A stretch of 62,031 bases of DNA, filler included, from Syncephalis fuscata S228 (taxonomy: Eukaryota > Fungi > Zoopagomycota): the NCBI GenBank assembly GCA_025786725.1. It is 3 parts of 3 records of this genome, joined end to end, with 100 filler letters (N's around TTAATTAATTAA, not from the genome) between each part and the next. Parts side by side here need not be neighbours in the genome. Positions count along the whole stretch, not along the records: positions 1 to 25,290 come from JAHLTZ010000121.1; positions 25,391 to 46,376 come from JAHLTZ010000157.1; 1 more part is not named here. The stretch is one strand, 5' to 3'. The notes under the pieces were generated by a model. It was not told the DNA's origin, did not search any database, and worked only from the letters and a program-made list of their open reading frames with translations. Position numbers and translations under genes: made by a program. Each line of letters opens with the position of its first letter. Positions within the stretch are counted from its first letter, which is position 1. Below, one piece after another: positions 14,401 through 25,940 of the stretch.

Positions 14401-14433
14401 TCCACCGTTCTGCCACCACCAGTCCACCGTTCT
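8433..14433. repeat. Right arm (A') of giant interrupted palindrome 1
   Basis: Reverse complement of 1-6004 with scattered substitutions and 1-bp indels. Confidence 0.97.
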
Positions 14434-15172
14434 GCCACCACCATTTCACCGTTCTGCCACCACCATTTCACCGTTCTGCCACCACCATTTCACCGTTCTG
14501 CCACCACCAGTCCACCGTTCTGCCACCACCATTTCACCGTTCTGCCACCATCAGTCCACCGTTCTGCCACCACCATTTCACCGTTCTGCCACCATCAGTC
14601 CACCGTTCTGCCACCACCATTTCACCGTTCTGCCACCATCAGTCCACCGTTCTGCCACCACCATTTCACCGTTCTGCCACCATCAGTCCACCGTTCTGCC
14701 ACCACCATTTCACCGTTCTGCCACCATCAGTCCACCGTTCTGCCACCACCATTTCACCGTTCTGCCACCATCAGTCCACCGTTCTGCCACCACCATTTCA
14801 CCGTTCTGCCACCATCAGTCCACCGTTCTGCCACCACCAGTCCACCGTTCTGCCACCATCAGTCCACCGTTCTGCCACCACCATCCACCGTTCTGCCACC
14901 ACCATTTCACCGTTCTGCCACCATCAGTCCACCGTTCTGCCACCACCATTTCACCGTTCTGCCACCATCAGTCCACCGTTCTGCCACCACCATTTCACCG
15001 TTCTGCCACCACCAGTCCACCGTTCTGCCACCACCATTTCACCGTTCTGCCATCACCAGTCCACCGTTCTGCCACACCATTTCACCGTTCTGCCACACCA
15101 TTTCACCGTTCTGCCACACCAGTCCACCGTTCTGCCACCACCATCACCATTTTGCCACCACCATTTTACCGT
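14177..15172. repeat. Minisatellite array of roughly 40 22-bp units, C-rich strand on +
   Basis: Units CCACCACCATTTCACCGTTCTG, CCACCATCAGTCCACCGTTCTG and CCACCACCAGTCCACCGTTCTG, often alternating as a 44-bp dimer. The first ~65 bp (14177-14243) are degenerate units in the opposite polarity. Confidence 0.97.
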
Positions 15173-18100
15173 TGAACAATTGAACGGTTGAACCGTCGGA
15201 CTCACTTCCACCACTTTTGACTCCACTCTCTTTTCATTCCTTTTAGTGAACATAAAATTAAAGTACCTGACATCTGGGTCCAAAATACCATCATCATAGA
15301 TTTATTATCCAGTATGCATATATTTTTAATCCAACAATATCATTAAGATGTATCTTTACATCCTACTCTTAGTCAATGACAGGTTGAACACTTATATTTA
15401 TTATGCATTTCAATCAGCTTCACTCAGTCCGCTCAGTGCGTTATAGCTTTATTATAGTTATTTTTATTATTAATAACTGTTTATTACAATTATTAACCAT
15501 TTAATGTGATTTGTGTCAAACGGCTACTTTTGATATTCGCGCAACTGGCCTGCACATTTGTTCTATTGAACATGGGGACGGGTGGTGAGTTTTATTAACG
15601 ATCAAATCATCACATTTGGTGTGATTTGGTGGTTAAATGGCTATTTTGATTATTTACGCGTTTGAACTAAACATTCAACCTATTGAACATGGAGCTGGGT
15701 GGTGAGCGACATCAAAGTTTAAAACACTTGTCATTATAGATTTATTATCCAGTATGCATATATCTCTATCTACCTACACCACTCCCTTTTATTCCGCACT
15801 TCTATGTATCATTCTACGACATACTGGACACATTCTGTTCATTAAGCACACCAGCACACTCTACTCATTCCCTCCTTGCGTTATATGCACTATAGTTTGA
15901 CATCGTTTTATATGTCATTTTACACTCGCCCATCTATGCTCAATCCAAAACTGGTTTTATTTTTGTTCTAGCGTTATTATTAACAACTGTCGACTAATGT
16001 CGCTCATTGATCATGCATATATGCTCAGTAGCTATACCACTGCTGTCCATACTTTTTACTTTGTATATTCGTTTTATTATCCAGTAAATACGCGCTAGCT
16101 ATTACCGTTGTCTGTTTGGTTCTAGCACCATTATTAGAAAAGTTCACGCAAGTTGCTTATCTGCTCATGCATATATGCTCGATAGCTTTAACAAAGCTAG
16201 TTGTCTTTTAACTAGCATAGCTGATAGCTGTTATGCTATTTTACCGTACAGTTACTATGCGCCATCAATAACTACTGTCAGCTTGACGCCAGCTTAATAT
16301 TGACAAGTTTGACTCGTTCCGCTTAGTCATTCCTTCCAAGGCGCACTATAGCTTTAATGCTGCTACTCACACAATTACTTTTGGTATTTTATTTGCTCCA
16401 TATTATTGTATGCTTAATGGCTATGCTTTATTTGCAGAAGCTATACGTTCCTTGTTAGCTGTTTGTTGCAAAGTTTAGCTCTGAGCACTTCTTTTACTCT
16501 TTGCACACAAACGCGCAAGTAGAATAGCCTTCTTACACTGCTAGTGCTCTTTTTGCTGTTTTCCAGTGCTGATATGTTGCAATGGTATCGAACGGGCCAG
16601 CGATGAACTGGTATAAGCTATTATACCAAATAAAGCTTGTTATTACAAAATAGATATTCGCTATGGGTGTTATGTATACGAGCTTTAAAAGTGTCGTATA
16701 GCTTATTGCAGGGTAATCATGTATTGCGCTATAGCTACTTGAGCACAAGGACAAAGTGTACGTATATTTACCATGTGGCCGTAGACAGTGCTGGCTACTC
16801 TATTCGACACAGTTAAAAGCAATAATAAACTTGGCCAAAAACAATTTGCTTTAAAGATTTTATTAGATGGATTGCATTAGTATTCAACATATAAGCCATT
16901 GGTATTTACTGTAGCTACAAGCTTGAAACTGGTCCCATTTAGCTGCTTTGCGTGCCGCCTAAATGATCGGCATTGTTTGAAATAAAGCCATAGCTGTATT
17001 GCCAAATAGACAGATTTACTTGCTATGCTACATGTAAAGTTTAGCATAGATCATTTTTACGCTTAGTCGGTTAAGCCGTGTAATCTAGATTTAATCCATC
17101 AGCTTATTGCGTTGTAAAGAGCTTACCAATATTAATGTTCAGACAATATAATGACAGTAATAAAGACTGTTTTGCAATAAGTGTACAAGAAAACACACGG
17201 TTTACTACATATTACACTAATAGTTACATGTACTGAAGATTCTACTGGAATGGTTGTAGCTGCTTATACGGAAGACTAAGAGCAATTGCGTAGTACATTG
17301 GTCATAGACGGTTTTAGACGACTCATGTTTTATTACGACATTTTCCACAACTATCACAATACATAAGCTGGCTTTACCGCTCCTCCGAACCAACACTGCA
17401 CCTTTATCTTCTCTTTCTACTCTTTACCACTCGATATACACTACACTCATTCGCCCTTACTGCCATTTGTTGTCCAATATGCTTTGCACTTGCTAGCCGT
17501 CTAATGATTACAAGATCACTGCTGGTTGCTGCTATATGTACTAAGGTCGGTAAACGGGCGTGGGAGGTGCGATGCAGTTGTGCCTTTTGGCTATGAAGCA
17601 CTGGATATGCAGTGTTCTAGAAGCTATATATCACGCAGTGTGTACCCCAGCATGCTGTAGAAGGCGCTTGTCTGCACATAGTTGATTGGTCTTTTGTATA
17701 GTAACATTGGTACGCTTACCGTGTGTTTGTTTGCGAGGTTGCCTTGCTGAGTATCTGGCTGTTGAGGCGACATAAGGTTTGCGCTTGAAGATATCTGATA
17801 TCTGATGGTGCAGAGCAAATGTTGTTTGGACAACCACTACTTATTGCGGTGTAGTCAAGCAGCAAACATCATTGGCACATGTGGCTCATCTCGTTTACTG
17901 ACCCTCTTCAATAGATATAGATTTAAGCGATATTTAGATTTGGCAAGAACAGGGCCACAATATGCTGTACAGTCATCCGGTTTGTACTAGTCTATCATTA
18001 TTTATGTATTTCTTGTTTAAATAAATAAATGTAGCATTTCTTATTTATTAACATACTACTATTAGTTGCGTTCATATAAATACAGACATCTTCCCATTTA

Positions 18101-18404
18101 ATAATAGTACTAGTTGTTTCTGCTATTGTTATTACACTGATAATAAACAACCTATTAAGCCATTGAATGTGCTTTGAAGGCAAACGATTAAATTTGATGC
18201 ATCCATGCAGTTGAGCTAGACAATTGCTCTGTTGAACATAATAACGAGTGGTGAGTGAATCAAAGTTTAAAATATTTATTGGCATAGATGTATTATCCAG
18301 TACGCTTATATCCAACATTTACTTGTATCATTCGTCTATTATCGCATACTATTATGTATTATTCTACAATACACTAGCCGCATTCTGGTTATTACATGCG
18401 GCAA
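15125..18404. repeat. Left arm (B) of giant interrupted palindrome 2
   Basis: Reverse complement of 19733-~23010. Mirror ORFs 16533..16754/21383..21604 give coordinate sum 38137. Near-identity ends at 18393/19744. Confidence 0.97.
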
Positions 18405-19732
18405 TATACTTTGCTCATTACGCTATATACACTGTTTGACACTGCTTTTATGTTTTTTACCGTACATTTGCTATTCTACATATCATTTTATTATCGTCCA
18501 TCCTTCATCTATCCAACCATATTTATTTTTGCACTAGCTTTATCATTAATAAAATTAAACTATTTTGCTCATGCACATCCACGCTGTTTAACCTTCTGGT
18601 AGACAAACCAGCTGTTGTCAATTAGCAATGGCTTTGGTGCTGATCAACGGAACAATGCGTATTCACAGCAATGGCAAGGCCAACCGGAAATGGTGCAATG
18701 GTTGGCTCACAGCTTTAAACCTTGGGTTTATCTCAACTTAGCTTTTGATGCTGTTATATATTCATATCAAAAAGTGGGACTGTTGGGAAGGTACTGAGCG
18801 ATATACAGTGTGGACTGAGGCCAACATAAGTGAAATGGAGCAAGTATGGTGTGCAGTGCACTATTACATAGACAAATACGTAGAAGCAACGCAGGGAAGC
18901 AAGTGATGCGTAAACTACGTAAAACTACGTAAAATAAACAAAATACAGTAGCTGAAATACAAGTAATGACCTGCGAGGACCATACTAAGCGGCCCTTAGC
19001 TGAAATGGCTACAGTGGCTACAGTGGCTGCACTAGAATAGGCTGAATTGATAGCTAATAGCCAATATACCATACACTGATCAATGCACTATCATAATAAA
19101 CAAACTACATCAGTAAATAAACAAATTTATCTGTATACTTATTATTTATACCAATATTTAACCAATATTACTCTGATATGCATGTACAATTCTGGATAAA
19201 ATACTAAGTATTTGCACATCTCATTTTATTGGCTTAGTATGGCCATAATTGTCGTTTGAGTAGGCAGAATCAATTGGACTGCAGTATATTTTTAGTTAAT
19301 TTACTGTTAATTTTCTAGTATGTCTAATTGTAACCGTGTAACATGGGCATTAGCAAAATGAGTGTAATAAGTGGCCAACTTTAAAGATAAAGCTAGGGTA
19401 AAATGGACAACGCCAATCGATGTAGTGTGGCCAATATACTGTATAACAATATATAACAACACTCTATAAATATAAAGTATATAATATCTATGTCAAATCT
19501 ACAGTACTAAAGCTACAGTGTACCAATATGGCCATTCAAGCGCCCGCACAAATGGTGTTAATGCTACAGCGCCTTTCCGATGCCAAAAGCGCTAAAACAT
19601 AAAAGAGCACTTATTTAATAATAGATCTGGAATCAAAACAACAATGGCGTTGCATAGCTCTTATGCGTTATACAATAAACAGCATACAATTTAGTGAATG
19701 TACAGCGTAATAGTTGGGATGAGTGAGGTGTG

Positions 19733-22700
19733 TTGCCGCATACAATAACCAGAATGCGGCTAGTGTATTGTAGAATAATACATAATAGTATGCGATAATA
19801 GACGAATGATACAAGTAAATGTTGGATATAAGCGTACTGGATAATACATCTATGCCAATAAATATTTTAAACTTTGATTCACTCACCGCTCGTTATTATG
19901 TTCAACAGAGCAATTGTCTAGCTCAACTGCATGGATGCATCAAATTTAATCGTTTGCCTTCAAAGCACATTCAATGGCTTAATAGGTTGTTTATTATCAG
20001 TGTAATAACAATAGCAGAAACAACTAGTACTATTATTAAATGGGAAGATGTCTGTATTTATATGAACGCAACTAATAGTAGTATGTTAATAAATAAGAAA
20101 TGCTACATTTATTTATTTAAACAAAGAAATACATAAATAATGATAGACTAGTACAAACCGGATGACTGTACAGCATATTGTGGCCCTGTTCTTGCCAAAT
20201 CTAAATATCGCTTAAATCTATATCTATTGAAGAGGGTCAGTAAACGAGATGAGCCACATGTGCCAATGATGTTTGCTGCTTGACTACACCGCAATAAGTA
20301 GTGGTTGTCCAAACAACATTTGCTCTGCACCATCAGATATCAGATATCTTCAAGCGCAAACCTTATGTCGCTCAACAGCCAGATACTCAGCAAGGCAACC
20401 TCGCAAACAAACACACGGTAAGCGTACCAATGTTACTATACAAAAGACCAATCAACTATGTGCAGACAAGCGCCTTCTACAGCATGCTGGAGTACACACT
20501 GCGTGATATATAGCTTCTAGAACACTGCATATCCAGTGCTTCATAGCCAAAAGGCACAACTGCATCGCACCTCCCACGCCCGTTTACCGACCTTAGTACA
20601 TATAGCAGCAACCAGCAGTGATCTTGTAATCATTAGACGGCTAGCAAGTGCAAAGCATATTGGACAACAAATGGCAGTAAGGGCGAATGAGTGTAGTGTA
20701 TATCGAGTGGTAAAGAGTAGAAAGAGAAGATAAAGGTGCAGTGTTGGTTCGGAGGAGCGGTAAAGCCAGCTTATGTATTGTGATAGTTGTGGAAAATGTC
20801 GTAATAAAACATGAGTCGTCTAAAACCGTCTATGACCAATGTACTACGCAATTGCTCTTAGTCTCCGTATAAGCAGCTACAACCATTCCAGTAGAATCTT
20901 CAGTACATGTAACTATTAGTGTAATATGTAGTAAACCGTGTGTTTTCTTGTACACTTATTGCAAAACAGTCTTTATTACTGTCATTATATTGTCTGAACA
21001 TTAATATTGGCAAGCTCTTTACAACGCAATAAGCTGATGGATTAAATCTAGATTACACGGCTTAACCGACTAAGCGTAAAAATGATCTATGCTAAACTTT
21101 ACATGTAGCATAGCAAGTAAATCTGTCTATTTGGCAATACCAGCTATGGCTTTATTTCAAACAATGCCGATCATTTAGGCGGCACGCAAAGCAGCTAAAT
21201 GGGACCAGTTTCAAGCTTGTAGCTACAGTAAATACCAATGGCTTATATGTTGAATACTAATGCAATCCATCTAATAAAATCTTTAAAGCAAATTGTTTTT
21301 GGCCAAGTTTATTATTGCTTTTAACTGTGTCGAATAGAGTAGCCAGCACTGTCTACGGCCACATGGTAAATATACGTACACTTTGTCCTTGTGCTCAAGT
21401 AGCTATAGCGCAATACATGATTACCCTGCAATAAGCTATACGACACTTTTAAAGCTCGTATACATAACACCCATAGCGAATATCTATTTTGTAATAACAA
21501 GCTTTATTTGGTATAATAGCTTATACCAGTTCATCGCTGGCCCGTTCGATACCATTGCAACATATCAGCACTGGAAAACAGCAAAAAGAGCACTAGCAGT
21601 GTAAGAAGGCTATTCTACTTGCGCGTTTGTGTGCAAAGAGTAAAAGAAGTGCTCAGAGCTAAACTTTGCAACAAACAGCTAACAAGGAACGTATAGCTTC
21701 TGCAAATAAAGCATAGCCATTAAGCATACAATAATATGGAGCAAATAAAATACCAAAAGTAATTGTGTGAGTAGCAGCATTAAAGCTATAGTGCGCCTTG
21801 AGAAGGAATGACTAAGCGGAACGAGTCAAACTTGTCAATATTAAGCTGGCGTCAAGCTGACAGTAGTTATTGATGGCGCATAGTAACTGTACGGTAAAAT
21901 AGCATAACAGCTATCAGCTATGCTAGTTAAAAGACAACTAGCTTTGTTAAAGCTATCGAGCATATATGCATGAGCAGATAAGCAACTTGCGTGAACTTTT
22001 CTAATAATGGTGCTAGAACCAAACAGACAACGGTAATAGCTAGCGCGTATTTACTGGATAATAAAACGAATATACAAAGTAAAAAGTATGGACAGCAGTG
22101 GTATAGCTACTGAGCATATATGCATGATCAATGAGCGACATTAGTCGACAGTTGTTAATAATAACGCTAGAACAAAAATAAAACCAGTTTTGGATTGAGC
22201 ATAGATGGGCGAGTGTAAAATGACATATAAAACGATGTCAAACTATAGTGCATATAACGCAAGGAGGAATGAGTAGAGTGTGCTGGTGTGCTTAATGAAC
22301 AGAATGTGTCCAGTATGTCGTAGAATGATACATAGAAGTGCGGAATAAAAGGGAGTGGTGTAGGTAGATAGAGATATATGCATACTGGATAATAAATCTA
22401 TAATGACAAGTGTTTTAAACTTTGATGTCGCTCACCACCCAGCTCCATGTTCAATAGGTTGAATGTTTAGTTCAAACGCGTAAATAATCAAAATAGCCAT
22501 TTAACCACCAAATCACACCAAATGTGATGATTTGATCGTTAATAAAACTCACCACCCGTCCCCATGTTCAATAGAACAAATGTGCAGGCCAGTTGCGCGA
22601 ATATCAAAAGTAGCCATTTGACACAAATCACATTAAATGGTTAATAATTGTAATAAACAGTTATTAATAATAAAAATAACTATAATAAAGCTATAACGCA

Positions 22701-23010
22701 CTGAGCGGACTGAGTGAAGCTGATTGAAATGCATAATAAATATAAGTGTTCAACCTGTCATTGACTAAGAGTAGGATGTAAAGATACATCTTAATGATAT
22801 TGTTGGATTAAAAATATATGCATACTGGATAATAAATCTATGATGATGGTATTTTGGACCCAGATGTCAGGTACTTTAATTTTATGTTCACTAAAAGGAA
22901 TGAAAAGAGAGTGGAGTCAAAAGTGGTGGAAGTGAGTCCGACGGTTCAACCGTTCAATTGTTCAACGGTAAAATGGTGGTGGCAAAATGGTGATGGTGGT
23001 GGCAGAACGG
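19733..23010. repeat. Right arm (B') of giant interrupted palindrome 2
   Basis: Reverse complement of 15125-18404, with a handful of substitutions (e.g. at ~15521, ~17125, ~17646, 18249) and 1-bp indels. Confidence 0.97.
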
Positions 23011-23172
23011 ATGGACGGTGTGGAGATGGCGTGGTGGTGCAGAACGGTGAAATGTGGTCGACATTGCAGAACGGTGATGGTGTGGCAGAACGGTGACTGG
23101 TGGTGCAGAACGGTGGACTGATTTGGCAGAACCGGTGAAATGGTCGGCAATATGTGGTGGCTGAACGGTGAC
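22966..23172. repeat. Short, garbled copy of the 22-bp array (G-rich strand on +)
   Basis: GGCAGAACGGTG-type units with many indels; appears collapsed or unpolished relative to 14177-15172. Confidence 0.85.
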
Positions 23173-23174
23173 AT

Positions 23175-25290
23175 CTCTGACTATCGAACGTATCAGTCTG
23201 AGCATGTAAAGCATGTGGTGCAAACGTTGACTTTTGGGATGCTACAGAAGCATGTATTCCACATCTCACGTTTTCCAGTTCACGTCTGCTATTCTCCATT
23301 CCTTCTCTTGCAGTCTCTGCTATCGACTTCAGCTACATTTAAAGCATTTCCGTTTTGAAGCTAGGTAGCTTGTTTGTTTTATTATATGTATTTTGTGCGG
23401 ACAAAGACGGTGTAGCACAAATAGCCATGTACGCTTTTATAATCGGCTGTTTTACTATGGTAAGACAACTGGCGCTGCTATGTAATAAATACTTGTTATT
23501 TTACTTCAAACTACTTACCATTTAATCAACTGTTATTTTTACATAGATATTTAGGTATGCAGTGTTAGTGTTGCTGTTTGCATTCATGCACTGTGTTTGT
23601 TTTCAAATAATACTAGCTTTTAACAAGATCACAAGCCTTCTTCCTTGCCGTGTTATAATATGGAATAATATAATTCAAATGAATGGTCAATAAGTGTAAA
23701 ATAATGGCAATAAAGGTATAGTATGCGTATTGCACAAGCAATCAAGTAAAATATACAAACAATACGGCGAGTAACAAATAAACGAGTTTTATCAATAAGA
23801 CATGATGAGTATAGTTTAGAATAGAATCAATGGATAAAATAATAGTGAAGATATACATAGACGATTAAGTAAGTACAATAAATTGAACCTATAGCAATAA
23901 AGCTAGCGGCAATAAAATACCTGCTGTAAATGGGTTGTGCTTATTATATGATCGATCGATATATGACTTAATAAATACAGAATAGTAATGATATGGGTGG
24001 ATAGAAGGCATATGCATACTAAATACTAAATCTATAATGACGAGTATTTTAATGGCTAATGCCATCCACCACACAGTTTCATGCCCAATAGATTGGATGT
24101 TGTTAAATTTAGCCATTTATCTTTCAAATCATACTAGATCATCAGCAAATTGTTTAATATTATTATACTAGGCTTAACACAATCAAACCAATCAAACGAA
24201 CCACTATTGCTATTATTAAAATGACCAGTGTGGGTGTAGCTTTATAGAATGTAACTATTTTTAGTATACTAGCAGTATAGTACAATTCAAATAATTGAAT
24301 GGCATAACAAAGCTACTAGACACTATACTAATGTTGATTTATAGCATATTTATTTAGTTAAAGGATGCTAAATGTTAAAGCGTTTATAAAAAAGTAGCTG
24401 TATTTGCTACTACCTATAATCAGGTTAGGCATGGCATTACAATGGGAATCAGCACTATGATATAAGCATCATGTCAAATAGTTGACCTCCATATACACAC
24501 ACATTCAACGATACAAGAAGGCAACAGCAATGGCAATGTATATAGCGAGTATAAGTACGACAACCACCGCTCGTTATAGTTGCAATGTTGGTGGTAATAT
24601 TCAACTGACATCAGCGGCGATCAATGTCAATACACGCCAGCAAGCTGCACATATTAGCTACTGTATTAATAAGCAGTATAGTTAAGCAACATACAGCAGC
24701 ATACAGCAGCATACAGCTGTTGAAACGCATGTTAGTACGCATGCAACACCAGCGATTGATTCTATGCTATAATTACAAAATAAATAGTAGCGTCATTATG
24801 GTTGATTGTAATCAAAATACGTGCCGACGGCCAATATATATTAAATATTGTTAATATTTAATGCTAATATTGCCATTTCTATTTGTGGTGCCTTTTCACG
24901 ATTTTTCCAACATATGTCAGTTATATGCGCCAATGCGTCAACGCCATGCGGTTATAGTAGATGCTATTACGTATTTCTAGCTGTATGATTGATAGAATCA
25001 AGAATTGGTAAAGTTAATTAATAAAGGCTATAATAGTCCTTTTTTTGTTATTTTGACAATAAAAGCCCACACAAATACTAATTAAAAAATGTATCGATTG
25101 CTTAATAGATAGCCAATTGCAACTTGACAGTATCAATCCCTGTAGCCATAATTGACCGTTAACAATTGCCGTCGATTTGCTAGTTATGTCGGCCAACCAA
25201 CAGCGTCGGTGACATGATATAATTAATAAATATATTAATGATTGGTATTGCATATAGCTACAGTATGTGTGTAATAGCACAATAGCACGC
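23175..25290. repeat. Third, direct copy (A'') of arm A, truncated by the gap
   Basis: Matches ~265-2261 on the same strand at offset ~23029 (ORF 1595..1825 = 24624..24854). Confidence 0.95.
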
Positions 25291-25390
25291 NNNNNNNNNN
25301 NNNNNNNNNNNNNNNNNNNNNNNNNNNNNNNNNNTTAATTAATTAANNNNNNNNNNNNNNNNNNNNNNNNNNNNNNNNNNNNNNNNNNNN
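25291..25390. other. Artificial assembly gap (N44-TTAATTAATTAA-N44)
   Basis: Exactly 100 positions with a six-frame stop linker in the middle; identical construction at 46377-46476. Confidence 0.98.
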
Positions 25391-25765
25391 CTGCTATGAT
25401 TGCTGTATTATTGACATGCATCTATTATTATCATGCATATATTTTCAGTTAATAGACCTTATTGCATAACATTTTCCCATCCCTTCATGTAGCTCCTTTA
25501 GCTGCAATAAATTAAATTTTGTTTAACTAGAATGGTTGTACACTTTATTTAGTTTAAATATTTAAATAAATTTATATTTACGTTTATTTTTATAAAACTA
25601 AAAAAATATTATTTAATATATAGTAATTAAAGTACTTTTATAAATAAAATAACGCTAGAAGTTACGCCATTACAAAACAATGTTAAAAAGCAACGTATAT
25701 TTGGTAGTTCTAAAAAAATAGGTATAAATAATTAATTTTACTATAATTTTTATAGCTAGTAGCAC

Positions 25766-25836
25766 GCCATGGTAGTGTAGTGGCATCACAAGACGTTGTG
25801 GCCGTCTTAACCCTGGTTCGATTCCAGGCCATGGCA
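25766..25836 (+). tRNA. tRNA-His(GTG)
   Basis: Acceptor stem GCCATGG/CCATGGC+A; D-arm TAGTGTAGTGGCATCAC; anticodon arm AGACG-TTGTGGC-CGTCT (GTG at 25798-25800); T-arm CCTGG-TTCGATT-CCAGG; no encoded CCA. Confidence 0.96.
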
Positions 25837-25838
25837 TA

Positions 25839-25844
25839 TTTTTT
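25839..25844 (+). terminator. RNA polymerase III terminator (T6)
   Basis: TTTTTT two bases after the tRNA discriminator base. Confidence 0.8.
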
Positions 25845-25940
25845 GCTACAGTAATGTGCATTATTTTTTGGTAATAGCAAGTAGCACGCTTGTATTTACT
25901 TTATTTTATACATGAATGATGTGCGTTAATTCACATATCA

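Noticed and set aside
14248-15172. CRISPR-like array (constant repeat with variable slot)
   Set aside because: The variable part is only 6 nt with three recurring variants; no unique spacers, no cas genes, eukaryotic context.
14183-15191. 330-aa and 319-aa His/Cys/Pro-rich ORFs (PPFCHHHFTVL...)
   Set aside because: By-product of a stop-free 22-bp repeat whose translation cycles through all frames; overlapping frames give the same peptide and there is no non-repeat domain.
332-25280. Dozens of short ORFs repeated identically in the palindrome arms
   Set aside because: Their recurrence only reflects DNA duplication; they have no recognisable domains and low-complexity AT-driven composition. 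A heavily spliced micro-exon gene (GTGAGT motifs occur in the repeat core) could not be assembled convincingly.
25335-25346. TTAATTAATTAA palindrome inside N runs (also 46421-46432)
   Set aside because: Artificial six-frame stop linker centred in a 100-position gap; not biological.
25670-25861. 63-aa minus-strand ORF
   Set aside because: Antisense shadow of the tRNA-His gene.
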